Below, piece by piece: positions 17,295-26,822 of a stretch of 32,666 nucleotides of DNA. The position numbers were made by a program, and so were the translations under genes. This DNA comes from a virus (taxonomy: Duplodnaviria > Caudoviricetes), in IMG/VR virus record IMGVR_UViG_3300012166_000006, positions 1-32,666 of that record, one strand, 5' to 3'. Within the stretch, counting starts at the first letter, position 1, and every line of letters starts with the position of its first letter. Below the pieces are notes generated by a model. That model was not told where the DNA came from. It made no database searches and saw nothing but the letters and a program-made list of their open reading frames with translations.

Positions 17295-18218
17295 TTACGC
17301 CGGAACAGTTACGATATCTGCGGCCGTATCAGTTACCCAATTACGCCACACATCAGTAGTTCCGGGCTTGTAACCCTTAGCGATTGTCACATTAGCAGCC
17401 GCATCAGGAAACAAATTACGTAAAACCTGATTCAATGAACCCTGTCCAGCAACAGCAACAAGATTCACCTTATTATTAGTATCGTTTGCAGTCTGTCGGA
17501 TAGTGTTGTAACCGATAAGAGATTCCGTTAAGGACATGGCAATAGCGTTCGTATTACCATTGAACTTATTACGGAGAACTCTCCATTCGCGGGGCACAGC
17601 AGCAGCAGTGTTAAGTCCTAAGAGAGCAGTTCCAGTAAGACCCTGGAATCTGCAATCTTCAATTAATGCAAAACCACTTCCACCATTATCTTCGATACCA
17701 ATCTGGCTTGTGCCACCATTGGCAGCGAATAAACAGTTAGTAGCACGGAAGTGAGAAGCATCAATAGTATCTACCGATGCAGAACGAGTGAGTCGAATTG
17801 CAGCAGAAGATGTGTGGGGAGTGAATTCTACGTTTTCAATCGCCCACCCCTGCGAACGAATTTCTAACAGTGGAGTTGTAGCTACTGCTCCTGACGCTGG
17901 AGGAAGCCAACATGCACCACCACCAGTTGCAACGCCCCCACTAGTAGCTTGACGAGGCATATTAGCCGCACCGAGAATGGTAACGTCATACACATCATCA
18001 GGAGCAACAGCCTGTTCACGCAATACTCCGCCCAGGATGATAATATCCCTAGAACGAAGATTAGCCTTTAGTGTAGTGAAGTCAGTGAATGAACCACGTG
18101 GCCCATTACCCTGGGGGAATAAATAGAATACGTTACTGATTTTCCCCAGACGATTACTGGAGATTGAAAGGTCACGACTATCCTGACGAAGTTCTCGCCA
18201 GAACCCTGCTTGAGACAT
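17295..18218 (-). CDS. Right-handed beta-helix (pectin-lyase-like) virion protein
   Basis: DVTILG, IENVEF, ATNCLF, IEDCRF, VLRNKF rungs. GGAGG RBS. Confidence 0.75.
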   Translation of the reverse strand: MSQAGFWRELRQDSRDLSISSNRLGKISNVFYLFPQGNGPRGSFTDFTTLKANLRSRDIIILGGVLREQAVAPDDVYDVTILGAANMPRQATSGGVATGGGACWLPPASGAVATTPLLEIRSQGWAIENVEFTPHTSSAAIRLTRSASVDTIDASHFRATNCLFAANGGTSQIGIEDNGGSGFALIEDCRFQGLTGTALLGLNTAAAVPREWRVLRNKFNGNTNAIAMSLTESLIGYNTIRQTANDTNNKVNLVAVAGQGSLNQVLRNLFPDAAANVTIAKGYKPGTTDVWRNWVTDTAADIVTVPA

Positions 18219-18263
18219 TGTGTATCCTCCAGCCTTTTAGGCCAGCGTTACTACGCCAAAGGA

Positions 18264-18962
18264 CTACTGAAACGTCCTACGCTTGTAGGATGCTCTGAAT
18301 GGCCTACGCCTTGTTACAATAGCCTGTCTACCCTTAGTTCCGATACCAGTAGCCCTGCCCATTGCTAATGCGGCAAAACCATTCAGGTCGTCTGCGCGAG
18401 ATTTATTTTCACCGATAAACTCAGCGCATAATGCAGCAGTTCGATACTGCAAAAATGTCTGTGCATTGATTACACCGATGAGAGAAGTTTCATCTACAAC
18501 AGGTGTAAACAAATTACGTGTATATTCCATTTTAATATCATTATCCTGGTCTGATGGCAGGAGTTTAATTTTCTGAGATTCCCATACCCAGAATATAAAT
18601 TGATTAATTTCGACACCTTCCATATAAAGTGGAATAGCATCGACTTTAGTCATTGGAATCCAAGGGTCTATACCCTCTTGGCGTTCCCATAATTTTTGAG
18701 GTTCAATTAAATCATCAGGTAATTCAGGAAGCGGACTGACACCAAATTCTATGGTTTCAGTTCCTGATGGACAGTTAATAACAGCAGAAGTAGCAGCAGT
18801 AACGGGTATATCATTCAGCTCAAATTCCTCCTCTAATTCCTGCAACGCAGTGTTTAAATGAGGAATCTGAGCCGTATAGGTGTAGACAGTTCTAGCTACA
18901 TCATTTAATTGCGCAGCGGCTGCATTCATTACAGTTCCTGCGACTAAATCGTATGTAGCCAT
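18264..18962 (-). CDS. Head-tail adaptor / tail tubular protein A-like
   Basis: Helical N-terminus (LND...LNTALQEL), LPDDL, IKLLP...IKMEY, FLQYRTAA. Position between head and nozzle genes. Confidence 0.7.
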   Translation of the reverse strand: MATYDLVAGTVMNAAAAQLNDVARTVYTYTAQIPHLNTALQELEEEFELNDIPVTAATSAVINCPSGTETIEFGVSPLPELPDDLIEPQKLWERQEGIDPWIPMTKVDAIPLYMEGVEINQFIFWVWESQKIKLLPSDQDNDIKMEYTRNLFTPVVDETSLIGVINAQTFLQYRTAALCAEFIGENKSRADDLNGFAALAMGRATGIGTKGRQAIVTRRRPFRASYKRRTFQ

Positions 18963-19195
18963 TAAGCAACCTTTCGACGAACTAATTTACCGCCCCAGGT
19001 TCCGATTAATTTGCCATGCTTAGGTTTTTCAGCAGGTTTAATCGGTTTAGATTTCTCTACAGTGACAGTAGGAATGAATCCCTCGATTGCTCGTTGAATC
19101 ATTAACACCTGAACTGCATCAATTTCTACTTTATTCAGTTGTTCTCTCGTCAGATATCCATGACGAAGTAAATCCAAAAGAATCGGGGGATGCAT
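18962..19195 (-). CDS. Hypothetical protein
   Basis: 77 aa, coupled on both sides, basic C-terminus. Confidence 0.65.
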   Translation of the reverse strand: MHPPILLDLLRHGYLTREQLNKVEIDAVQVLMIQRAIEGFIPTVTVEKSKPIKPAEKPKHGKLIGTWGGKLVRRKVA

Positions 19196-19196
19196 A

Positions 19197-19889
19197 TTAC
19201 TGTGCGAACTTAATGTTAGCCGCGTTAGGATGATTCATATCAATAGCACGGCACGATGGACACACAGGGTAATCGGGACTCTTGGGTGTGCCACACGCGA
19301 AGCAACGCTCCTGACGCATCATCGTGAAACTCTGCATCCAGTCCTTATTATCTACGCCAATTTCTTTGGCAGCAAGTCTCATATCATCGCTAATAGCTAA
19401 GGGGCTACCACCCGAGCGAGCCCACATAGTATCAGCAATGTTGATGAGTTCCTCATACCAACGCTTCTGTTTTGTTGCAGCACTGTCAATTTCATGCTGG
19501 AATGACTTACGAAGCGTAGTAAGGGTATGTTCACCAGGGACATAAAATAGTCCTGGTTTAATATCGCTCATGTTACAGCCGAGAATTCCGTTGCAATAGT
19601 CATTAACAACAGAATCTGCAACCTGTATAGCACCGTTAGTAATTTCAAGTAGTGGCTGTTCTTCATCAATTTCACGCCACCAACTGCTTGAACCCACAAT
19701 AAGAAGCGATGGTTTCTCATAGGAACCTGGAAATAGTTCAAAAACTCCTGGCGAAATAGTGTATTTGAATTCCTTAATATATTTTGGAAAGATTGAGCAG
19801 ATAGTTGCCTTATCAGCAGGATTAATCGGTCCACGGATAGTTCTACGCCGATAATCCTGTAATCCGGGAAATCCACCAATTTGACTCAT
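19197..19889 (-). CDS. Hypothetical late protein with C-terminal Zn ribbon
   Basis: 230 aa with CFACG...VCPSC. Confidence 0.75.
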   Translation of the reverse strand: MSQIGGFPGLQDYRRRTIRGPINPADKATICSIFPKYIKEFKYTISPGVFELFPGSYEKPSLLIVGSSSWWREIDEEQPLLEITNGAIQVADSVVNDYCNGILGCNMSDIKPGLFYVPGEHTLTTLRKSFQHEIDSAATKQKRWYEELINIADTMWARSGGSPLAISDDMRLAAKEIGVDNKDWMQSFTMMRQERCFACGTPKSPDYPVCPSCRAIDMNHPNAANIKFAQ

Positions 19890-20545
19890 TATTTATCTCC
19901 AAATTGCTTATGGGGCACAATTATGGCCTCACCACCACCTTGGTTACGGCTGAGGGTCGCGCCCAATAACCCTGTTTCATCGCCATATAGTTCTTCAACT
20001 ATCTTGTCGATTCCTGCCCTACGCGTTGCAATATACTGTTCCTGAGAACCTTCCTCTGGGTCAGTATATCTCGCAGTAGGTAATCTGTCGGGCGATTCAT
20101 TGCCCATAATCATCATCTTAGCTACAATCTGTGCAGCTAATGTAGAATCGATGATGAACTTGCATTGTTCTAAAGTAGGTGCAACATAATCATGTTTACC
20201 AGTATACTTATTAGTTTTAAAGAATGTGATTAGTGGTTCGTAGGAAATCTTTGCTCCTGCGAGTTCCTTCTGTTGATAATCTGGAACTACAACCAATCGC
20301 TCCAGGATATGCTTCTCCTGAATCCATTGCTTGTATTTCGGCATTTCTCTTACTTCAGTGACAGTCCTGATGAAAATACCAGCAGGAGTAATATCATCGA
20401 AAGTTCCAAAACGCTTCTCATATTCATCTTCAGACCAAACAACCTTAAACATTGGTAGGCCAGAGACGGTATCGACTCCATATAACTCTTTTAGCGATTT
20501 GTTTATCGCTTCGATGATATGTGGCGCTTCGATTTGAACCTTCAT
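19889..20545 (-). CDS. Hypothetical late protein
   Basis: 218 aa, GAGGTAGG RBS, TAATG-coupled. Confidence 0.75.
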   Translation of the reverse strand: MKVQIEAPHIIEAINKSLKELYGVDTVSGLPMFKVVWSEDEYEKRFGTFDDITPAGIFIRTVTEVREMPKYKQWIQEKHILERLVVVPDYQQKELAGAKISYEPLITFFKTNKYTGKHDYVAPTLEQCKFIIDSTLAAQIVAKMMIMGNESPDRLPTARYTDPEEGSQEQYIATRRAGIDKIVEELYGDETGLLGATLSRNQGGGEAIIVPHKQFGDK

Positions 20546-20569
20546 CTGACCTACCTCTGTCTCTTGCTG

Positions 20570-20884
20570 TTACGTCATTGCAGGACGCCACCACTTCGCA
20601 GTGGAGGGGTCATAATAGAGAGTAAACGCCTGATTCTGAATAGGCGTATATGCTGAATGAATGTTACCAGTGGTCAGTAATGCACCAGGAGCACCATTCG
20701 TAAAGATAAACGTCAATTCGCAATAACCAGAAGTCGGTGGGGTAATAGTAGCAACCTGCACCGTTCCAGTTACAAACGTCAGTTTAGTAGTAGGAGCAAG
20801 AGTAGCAGCCGATGCCATAGTAACAGGTAACGGCTGTTTATCGCTCTGAACGGTGGAGAAATTCTGACTAAGAAGGTCTGACAT
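20570..20884 (-). CDS. Putative capsid decoration / cement protein
   Basis: 104 aa Thr-rich beta protein immediately after the major capsid gene, with a strong AGGAGG RBS. Confidence 0.55.
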   Translation of the reverse strand: MSDLLSQNFSTVQSDKQPLPVTMASAATLAPTTKLTFVTGTVQVATITPPTSGYCELTFIFTNGAPGALLTTGNIHSAYTPIQNQAFTLYYDPSTAKWWRPAMT

Positions 20885-20896
20885 GATACCCTCCTA

Positions 20897-22156
20897 TCAG
20901 TATCCAGCCGGAACCGCAAGATTATCGATATAGGCAGTGGCAGCAGGATTATTCACGAACGTCTGCATACCATTGACCATATAGAAGATATCTGCGGCGG
21001 CCACACCACCTGAAGAACTGCGGATTTCAAAGATATTCCTACCATCGGTCTTGTAGAAACCAATGGGAAGAATCTCACCGCGGCCCCACACTTCGTCAGA
21101 GACAAAGTCAATACGAGTTTTATCCCAGTTGAAAGATGGCTTGTCGGGAGCGCCCGCAAACTGCATCTTATCGAAATACATGTTCAGTGAGCCCTCACCC
21201 TTACCATTGTTATTGGGCTGCTGAATCATAATCATTGCCTGACCAATATCCTCATACGCCTGCTTCTGCGCGGGATGGAGCCAAGCATTTAACTTAAAAC
21301 TATTATCGATACCGACACGGTTGCCGATAGCGTTAACAGCCAATCGCGGTAACGGGAGACTCAGTGCCGAGCCACCAGCATTAACACGATTGCTACGAAT
21401 TTCCGGCGTAGCAGCACGGCTGAATCCTAACCAGGTTCCAGTCGATGCATTGCTGTGGTGATAGGGCACACCAAACAGTGCCGGCAGGGAGTTAGGCGAA
21501 CTAATACCATCAACCACAATCTTATCAGTGGCCGTAGCACCAGCAACAGCCGGTGTAACGTCGATGATTTTATTCGCAACGTCCCACTTAGTAATGACTC
21601 CCTTACCACGAAGGGTTGCGAGAGTCGTATCGTATACCTGAACCGTCTGGCCGTAACGCACAAGACGTGCGCCAAAACCATCATCGTCCAGAGTATAAGT
21701 ATCGACACCAGCCGCAGTAGAAACTGCTGAAATGACGCCAACGACGCCATTACCAGCCTGCATTAACTGGCTATCCAACTGACGACGTAATTCATCTAAT
21801 GCAGTAGCCGTCAGACGGCGAACAGCATTAGTGATAGCCTTACGGTCGTTATCAGTTGACCACTGAGTTAACTTAGTGTATTCGATGTTCTCGGACACGA
21901 ACACACAAGTTAAGACAGCCTTATCCCAAGTAGGACCGCCGCCCCGTCCCAGGTCGCCCCCGTTAGGGTCGAAATACTGGAAACTACCACCGGGACGCAG
22001 TTCCAATGGAACGCGCATCTGTCGATTCGAGATAACTTCTACGTCACGCTTCTTGATGTTAGCGTAGAATTTATCATCGCGCTCGAACAATACGCGAATC
22101 TTGGGAATCACTTTCTCCAGCTCTAAAGCTGTGACTTGTGATTCAACAACTGCCAC
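20897..22156 (-). CDS. Major capsid protein (HK97 fold)
   Basis: 419 aa after the scaffold gene. GTG start with TAAGGAG RBS, biased codon usage, ELRRQLDSQLMQAGNG spine helix and C-terminal NNPAATAYIDNL. Confidence 0.88.
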   Translation of the reverse strand: MAVVESQVTALELEKVIPKIRVLFERDDKFYANIKKRDVEVISNRQMRVPLELRPGGSFQYFDPNGGDLGRGGGPTWDKAVLTCVFVSENIEYTKLTQWSTDNDRKAITNAVRRLTATALDELRRQLDSQLMQAGNGVVGVISAVSTAAGVDTYTLDDDGFGARLVRYGQTVQVYDTTLATLRGKGVITKWDVANKIIDVTPAVAGATATDKIVVDGISSPNSLPALFGVPYHHSNASTGTWLGFSRAATPEIRSNRVNAGGSALSLPLPRLAVNAIGNRVGIDNSFKLNAWLHPAQKQAYEDIGQAMIMIQQPNNNGKGEGSLNMYFDKMQFAGAPDKPSFNWDKTRIDFVSDEVWGRGEILPIGFYKTDGRNIFEIRSSSGGVAAADIFYMVNGMQTFVNNPAATAYIDNLAVPAGY

Positions 22157-22182
22157 TGTGTCTCCTTACTAATCCGTGAGGA

Positions 22183-23517
22183 CTAGTCAGAGTTAAGGAA
22201 TTCCAGCGATGACATTCCGGCAGGAATATCTTTCGCACTCTTAATTTTACCAGTCCGAGGCTTAACTTCTGAGGACTCGGATTTCCTAATAGTAGACTTG
22301 GACTCTTTAGTAGAGTCATCTTTATCTTCAGAGTCATCTTTGACTCTCTTACCAATACCCCTTAAGGCTTCATTTCGGGCCCGTTTAATGACTGCGGGCA
22401 ACAGTGTTTTAGCCTTTGAGAGAATGGCGGACCTAACTGCATCTGTTGAGCTTTTATCGTAGTTCTTCTCGGCAGCGCGTTGCCACAGCTTATCGACAAG
22501 AACCTTGAATCTTGAGTCACGTTCAATGAGATTGTTAAGAGTTTCTAATGCATCGCGTGACGCATTCTTCTTAACATAGTCTGACATTGAATTCTTTGGG
22601 TCGATATGCTGAAGAACAGTATTCTTCAGGACATTATCGGTTTTACCCTTAAGTTCAGTTCTAGCAGTTGTAAGACGTTGTTCGTTAAACTTACGCTCAC
22701 GTTCTGCTAATTCCTGGGATTTCTTATCACCAGGGCCTGCATCAGCATCATCAAGATTCTGAGCAGGAGTATATTTAGTAGTTCCAAATACAAATTTATT
22801 TAACGCAATGGCTGCGTTCTGTAAATCCTCATTATCATTCTCTTTGCCATCACCATACATAGCAGCAACCGTATGCTTAACGACGTTACTAATTACGTGG
22901 AAGTATGCCTTCTCATCAACTGCTCTGAGATTGGGCAAATAGTTATTAACAAGTCTATTGAATCCAGCTTTGTTACCCTTCTGGACTGCCTGTAATAGTT
23001 TCTGAGTATTTCCTTGAAGGATATCAGTTTCAAAGTTATCAAGAGTTTTCTTAGCTTCGACAGCTTCTCTAGCATCATCAATAGTAGGTAATAGTTCAGT
23101 GAATTGCTGTTCACGATAGTAAGCTTTTTCAAGATATGGAAAATCCTTGAATAGCTTCGGATACTTTTTAAGAATTTCCTGTCTACGAACAGGAGTAACT
23201 AATTCCAACTGTTCATCAGTCGGACCTTCTAATTCTTCTTCTAATTCGTCGAGTTCGTCTACTTCCTCGTCCTCGTCATCATCCTTATCGTCTTTGTTAG
23301 TATCTTCGTCATCATCAGATTCTGGAGGCGTATCATCTCCAGCTTTCTCAGTCTCCTTAATAGGTTTTTCCGTTTTAAGGTCGATAGTTTCTGGTTCTTT
23401 ATCGTCATCGGCGCCAAGGAAGTCAATGATACTTTCTTTATCACCGCCTCCTCCTAAACCAGTATTATCGTCTGGACTGAGTAGTGGAAACTGAATGCTA
23501 CGCCACAGTTTTAACAT
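22183..23517 (-). CDS. Capsid scaffolding protein
   Basis: 444 aa with a very acidic N-terminal region, coiled coils and a basic C-terminal tail. Lies between portal and capsid. Confidence 0.75.
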   Translation of the reverse strand: MLKLWRSIQFPLLSPDDNTGLGGGGDKESIIDFLGADDDKEPETIDLKTEKPIKETEKAGDDTPPESDDDEDTNKDDKDDDEDEEVDELDELEEELEGPTDEQLELVTPVRRQEILKKYPKLFKDFPYLEKAYYREQQFTELLPTIDDAREAVEAKKTLDNFETDILQGNTQKLLQAVQKGNKAGFNRLVNNYLPNLRAVDEKAYFHVISNVVKHTVAAMYGDGKENDNEDLQNAAIALNKFVFGTTKYTPAQNLDDADAGPGDKKSQELAERERKFNEQRLTTARTELKGKTDNVLKNTVLQHIDPKNSMSDYVKKNASRDALETLNNLIERDSRFKVLVDKLWQRAAEKNYDKSSTDAVRSAILSKAKTLLPAVIKRARNEALRGIGKRVKDDSEDKDDSTKESKSTIRKSESSEVKPRTGKIKSAKDIPAGMSSLEFLNSD

Positions 23518-25870
23518 CGCCTTCTCCCTTTATGGGTGCAGTTTTTGACTTATTGGGTTTCTCTGGAGGCGCAGCACCATTACCTTCAGGACCAGGTCCT
23601 AACATACCAGGTGGGGGCATCATCATCATTTTGTATGACTTAGCATACAGAAGGACGTTCTTATACCCCATCTGATTATCAACCTTAGCCATACGTCCAG
23701 CTTCAGATTGTAACCAGCCTTTAAGAATTCTGAATCGTAATTCAGGAGTATCTACATCAGGGTCAGGCTGAATAGCAGGCTGCTCCATTGGTGGTGGAGG
23801 TGGCATACCAGCCATCATAGCTTGCTGTTCCATCATTGGGTCAGGAGGCATTTCTATTGGTTCAGAATTGAGAAGCGCCTTGATATCATCATAGGTAGCT
23901 TCAATCTCATCCTCACCAGGAACATAGAAATCTGTTAACCCAATAGCCTCGCGAATGAATGGGAGATTCTCAGGAGCACCAAGAATCGCCAGAATTTCAG
24001 GATTGCCACCGTTAAGTAATTGCATTACGGTGTCACGAATCTGCCCCCACGTCATAGGCAAATTCTCATTAGCTTCTAATTCAATCTTACCAATCTTACC
24101 TTCGAGCTCTGCTTTCCGAATGAAGGTGTTGATAAAATTGCCATCCTTAGTTCTCTGAACATCTCGTTCATCTTCCTGAACGATTTTAATATACATTGGG
24201 ATGGCTTTGCCAAACACATTCTTCCATCCCATTGTTAACATTTTCCAAACATTCTGGAGTCGCTGTAATGCCTGCGAACGACTCATTGAATATTCAGATG
24301 CAGTCTCACTACCCTGTAACTGTCCCCCGAAAATAGATGGCTGTGCAGCGGAGCAGAGTTGTCCTAATGACTGAATCTGATTAGCAAAAGGCATAACCTC
24401 TGCTGATAACGTGGCAGTTTTCATCTCGTGAAAACCATCCGCCAACGTTTTACCAGATGCAGCAGTAGCAGGAAATACACCACCAGGTGTAACTTCTGTC
24501 TGCTCGTATGCCTTAAAATTTAATACCTTAGGGTCAGCAAACGTCTGGCCGACACCATGTTCCATAGTTTGTAAAGTAAGTGAAATAATATCATTAGTAA
24601 TCTCTTGAACACTGGTAAGTAGCATACCAAGAGGGTCAAAGTAAACGAAGTCAGACAGTGGGTTATAAATAAGAGTCCAACAGTCGTCCATAGCCTCGGG
24701 CTCTGCACACGCATATTCGTCATTGACAAGAGTTACTTTTACTCCAAATGGGAATAGTTTCTTAAGTTCATCGAATGCATCTTCATTACCAAGGATATGA
24801 AAACGCTCAGGACGAATCCAACACTGTTTAGTAGTTACAACATTCTCAGGATATGCACCCTGATACTGTGGAGAGAGTCTAGCCCACTGTTCATACTGGT
24901 CATATCCACCAGGACTAGAAGTGGTCTTAGCCATTTCCTTAGCAATCTTATCATTGCCTCGGATACCTTCATACTTATCCATCGCCTTTGTGTAATCTCC
25001 CTCAAAGGCATAGATAAGATACATGCATTCTTCTTGTTTCCTAGCAAAGTTGGAAACCTTGACATTTAAGCCACCATACGCTTCTAAGCATACGCGGCTC
25101 TTAGCCTGTTCCGTTTCACCAACTAATCTAGTAACAGTGAATGATTCCTGCTTTAACTCAGGGTCCATCATCTGCATACAGGATGGACAAAGGTCTTTCT
25201 CTGGGCTATTACCTAGAATGGCACGAATAGCAACATCGCCCTCATCAGGCATAAACTCATTGAATTCAGTATTCTTTAATTCTTCATCTTCTCCCATAAT
25301 ACGGTCATCCATTTGGAAGCCGCACTGAGAGCACACAGTATATTCATGATTCTCTACTGTGTCTGTATATTTATTTTCCTTGTAGGTTCCATACTTGGAA
25401 TCCTGTTTAGTATAGTTATAGTAGAACATTGCACCTTCAGTGCAATAGATGAATAGAGAATGTAACCATAGTAATGGAACATCATTATGTCGATAGATTA
25501 ACTGAGCAATCTTATCTCCAGTCCTAGCCGTAGCTAAGTCCAGAGTATCTTCAGCATCATCAGGATAACATTTAACAGGAGGAACGGTAACAGATAATGC
25601 AGCAATGATAGATTCCAGGTAAGCCCGGAATACGTTCATTTGCTTATCGTAGTATTCCTGGTCATTATTACCAGCAGCCTGTTCGTTATCCCAAATGCGC
25701 CAGTCATGCGCTACTTCAGAATACCAAACTTGAGTAAAGTTTTCCCAGAATAGCTTTAGCCTACGCCACTTTCTTAGCTGACGCTCACGTATAGCTATAT
25801 CTTCTTTACCGCAACCGTCTGCGATAGACTTAAGCCAGGTTTGAACTTGAGGAGAATACTCTTTACCCAA
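23498..25870 (-). CDS. Portal protein (P22-like) with CxxC...CxxC insertion
   Basis: 790 aa. MNVFRAYLESIIAALS..PPVKCYP, SETASE...SRSQALQRL and a Pro/Met/Gln-rich tail. TTG start with GAGG RBS. Confidence 0.88.
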   Translation of the reverse strand: MGKEYSPQVQTWLKSIADGCGKEDIAIRERQLRKWRRLKLFWENFTQVWYSEVAHDWRIWDNEQAAGNNDQEYYDKQMNVFRAYLESIIAALSVTVPPVKCYPDDAEDTLDLATARTGDKIAQLIYRHNDVPLLWLHSLFIYCTEGAMFYYNYTKQDSKYGTYKENKYTDTVENHEYTVCSQCGFQMDDRIMGEDEELKNTEFNEFMPDEGDVAIRAILGNSPEKDLCPSCMQMMDPELKQESFTVTRLVGETEQAKSRVCLEAYGGLNVKVSNFARKQEECMYLIYAFEGDYTKAMDKYEGIRGNDKIAKEMAKTTSSPGGYDQYEQWARLSPQYQGAYPENVVTTKQCWIRPERFHILGNEDAFDELKKLFPFGVKVTLVNDEYACAEPEAMDDCWTLIYNPLSDFVYFDPLGMLLTSVQEITNDIISLTLQTMEHGVGQTFADPKVLNFKAYEQTEVTPGGVFPATAASGKTLADGFHEMKTATLSAEVMPFANQIQSLGQLCSAAQPSIFGGQLQGSETASEYSMSRSQALQRLQNVWKMLTMGWKNVFGKAIPMYIKIVQEDERDVQRTKDGNFINTFIRKAELEGKIGKIELEANENLPMTWGQIRDTVMQLLNGGNPEILAILGAPENLPFIREAIGLTDFYVPGEDEIEATYDDIKALLNSEPIEMPPDPMMEQQAMMAGMPPPPPMEQPAIQPDPDVDTPELRFRILKGWLQSEAGRMAKVDNQMGYKNVLLYAKSYKMMMMPPPGMLGPGPEGNGAAPPEKPNKSKTAPIKGEGDVKTVA

Positions 25871-25871
25871 G

Positions 25872-26474
25872 TTAACCTCTAGGTCCAGTAATGTTTTCGG
25901 GCGGCATCATTTCTTCCCGTCCAAATATTCGTTGTAAGAGTCCTGGTTCTGCTTTCGGATTAGACTTCTTTCTAGTAACTTTGCGGCTACGCTCAGCGAT
26001 AGTAGGGTCAATTTGACCATTATCAGGGAGACGTATATCCTCACGCCTAACGTTGCGTAAAGCCTCACGATTGACAGCTTCATCTTCAACTTTGTTAGGT
26101 TCATAGAACTTCCGCATGAAACCTCTGCTACCCTGTCCCACATGCGCAAGTTCATGAGTTAATACATCATCAATATTCTGTTTATCCTTTTCAATTAGTT
26201 CTCGATTCATAGCGACAGTTCCCATTGGACCTGTGACAGCATATGCATCAGGATACATTAGTTTAGATAGTCTACCCATCGGCATTACTCTGCCTAACTT
26301 AGCAGATTCAACAGGCATTTCATTCTGCCTACCAGCCATAGAGGCTTCAAGAGCAGGCCATTCTTTAGCAGTAGATTCAGACATAGGTCCACCGAATACC
26401 CTTTGCAGGATACTAGTAGATGGTGTATCTACTTTACGAGGCTTGGCTTTCTCGTTCTGCTGCGGCAATGCCAA
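25872..26474 (-). CDS. Zincin-like HExxH metallopeptidase-domain protein
   Basis: AYAVTG...VLTHELAHVGQ...EDEA. Lies between TerL and portal. Confidence 0.65.
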   Translation of the reverse strand: MALPQQNEKAKPRKVDTPSTSILQRVFGGPMSESTAKEWPALEASMAGRQNEMPVESAKLGRVMPMGRLSKLMYPDAYAVTGPMGTVAMNRELIEKDKQNIDDVLTHELAHVGQGSRGFMRKFYEPNKVEDEAVNREALRNVRREDIRLPDNGQIDPTIAERSRKVTRKKSNPKAEPGLLQRIFGREEMMPPENITGPRG

Positions 26475-26820
26475 CCTCTTTTTCTAATTCTTTAACTTCT
26501 TCATCGCTAACTGCGTCAGCAGGTTTTGGTGCATTCTTAAGTAGTTTAGCTGTCTCTCTATCTTCTGTCTCTAACATCTGTCTCCTTACACTCCAAGGAG
26601 TATGACGTGCAGCAGAAGTTCTAATAGGTTGAAAGTTTTCAGGAGATGCTGGCTCACGTTCTATGGGCTTATCCAATAGTCTATTGAGTAGTGTCTTATT
26701 ATCAAGTCTTAACTGCTCTACTTGAATTCTGAGAGTGTCACAGTTCTCACAGTGATGTGGTTCAGGAGCGAACTCCTGTTTCATTTGTTTCCATTCACGA
26801 ATCCATTTAATTAAAAACAT
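26434..26820 (-). CDS. Hypothetical protein (CxxC plus coiled coil)
   Basis: 128 aa starting 2 nt after the terL stop codon. Confidence 0.7.
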   Translation of the reverse strand: MFLIKWIREWKQMKQEFAPEPHHCENCDTLRIQVEQLRLDNKTLLNRLLDKPIEREPASPENFQPIRTSAARHTPWSVRRQMLETEDRETAKLLKNAPKPADAVSDEEVKELEKEVGIAAAERESQAS

Positions 26821-26822
26821 TA

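Noticed and set aside
20570-20900. Programmed frameshift or readthrough fusing the capsid to the 104-aa protein
   Set aside because: Tandem TGA-TAG stops, no slippery heptamer seen, and the downstream gene has its own strong RBS.
23147-23494. Ser-rich + strand ORF
   Set aside because: It is the antisense shadow of the Asp/Glu-rich scaffold region.
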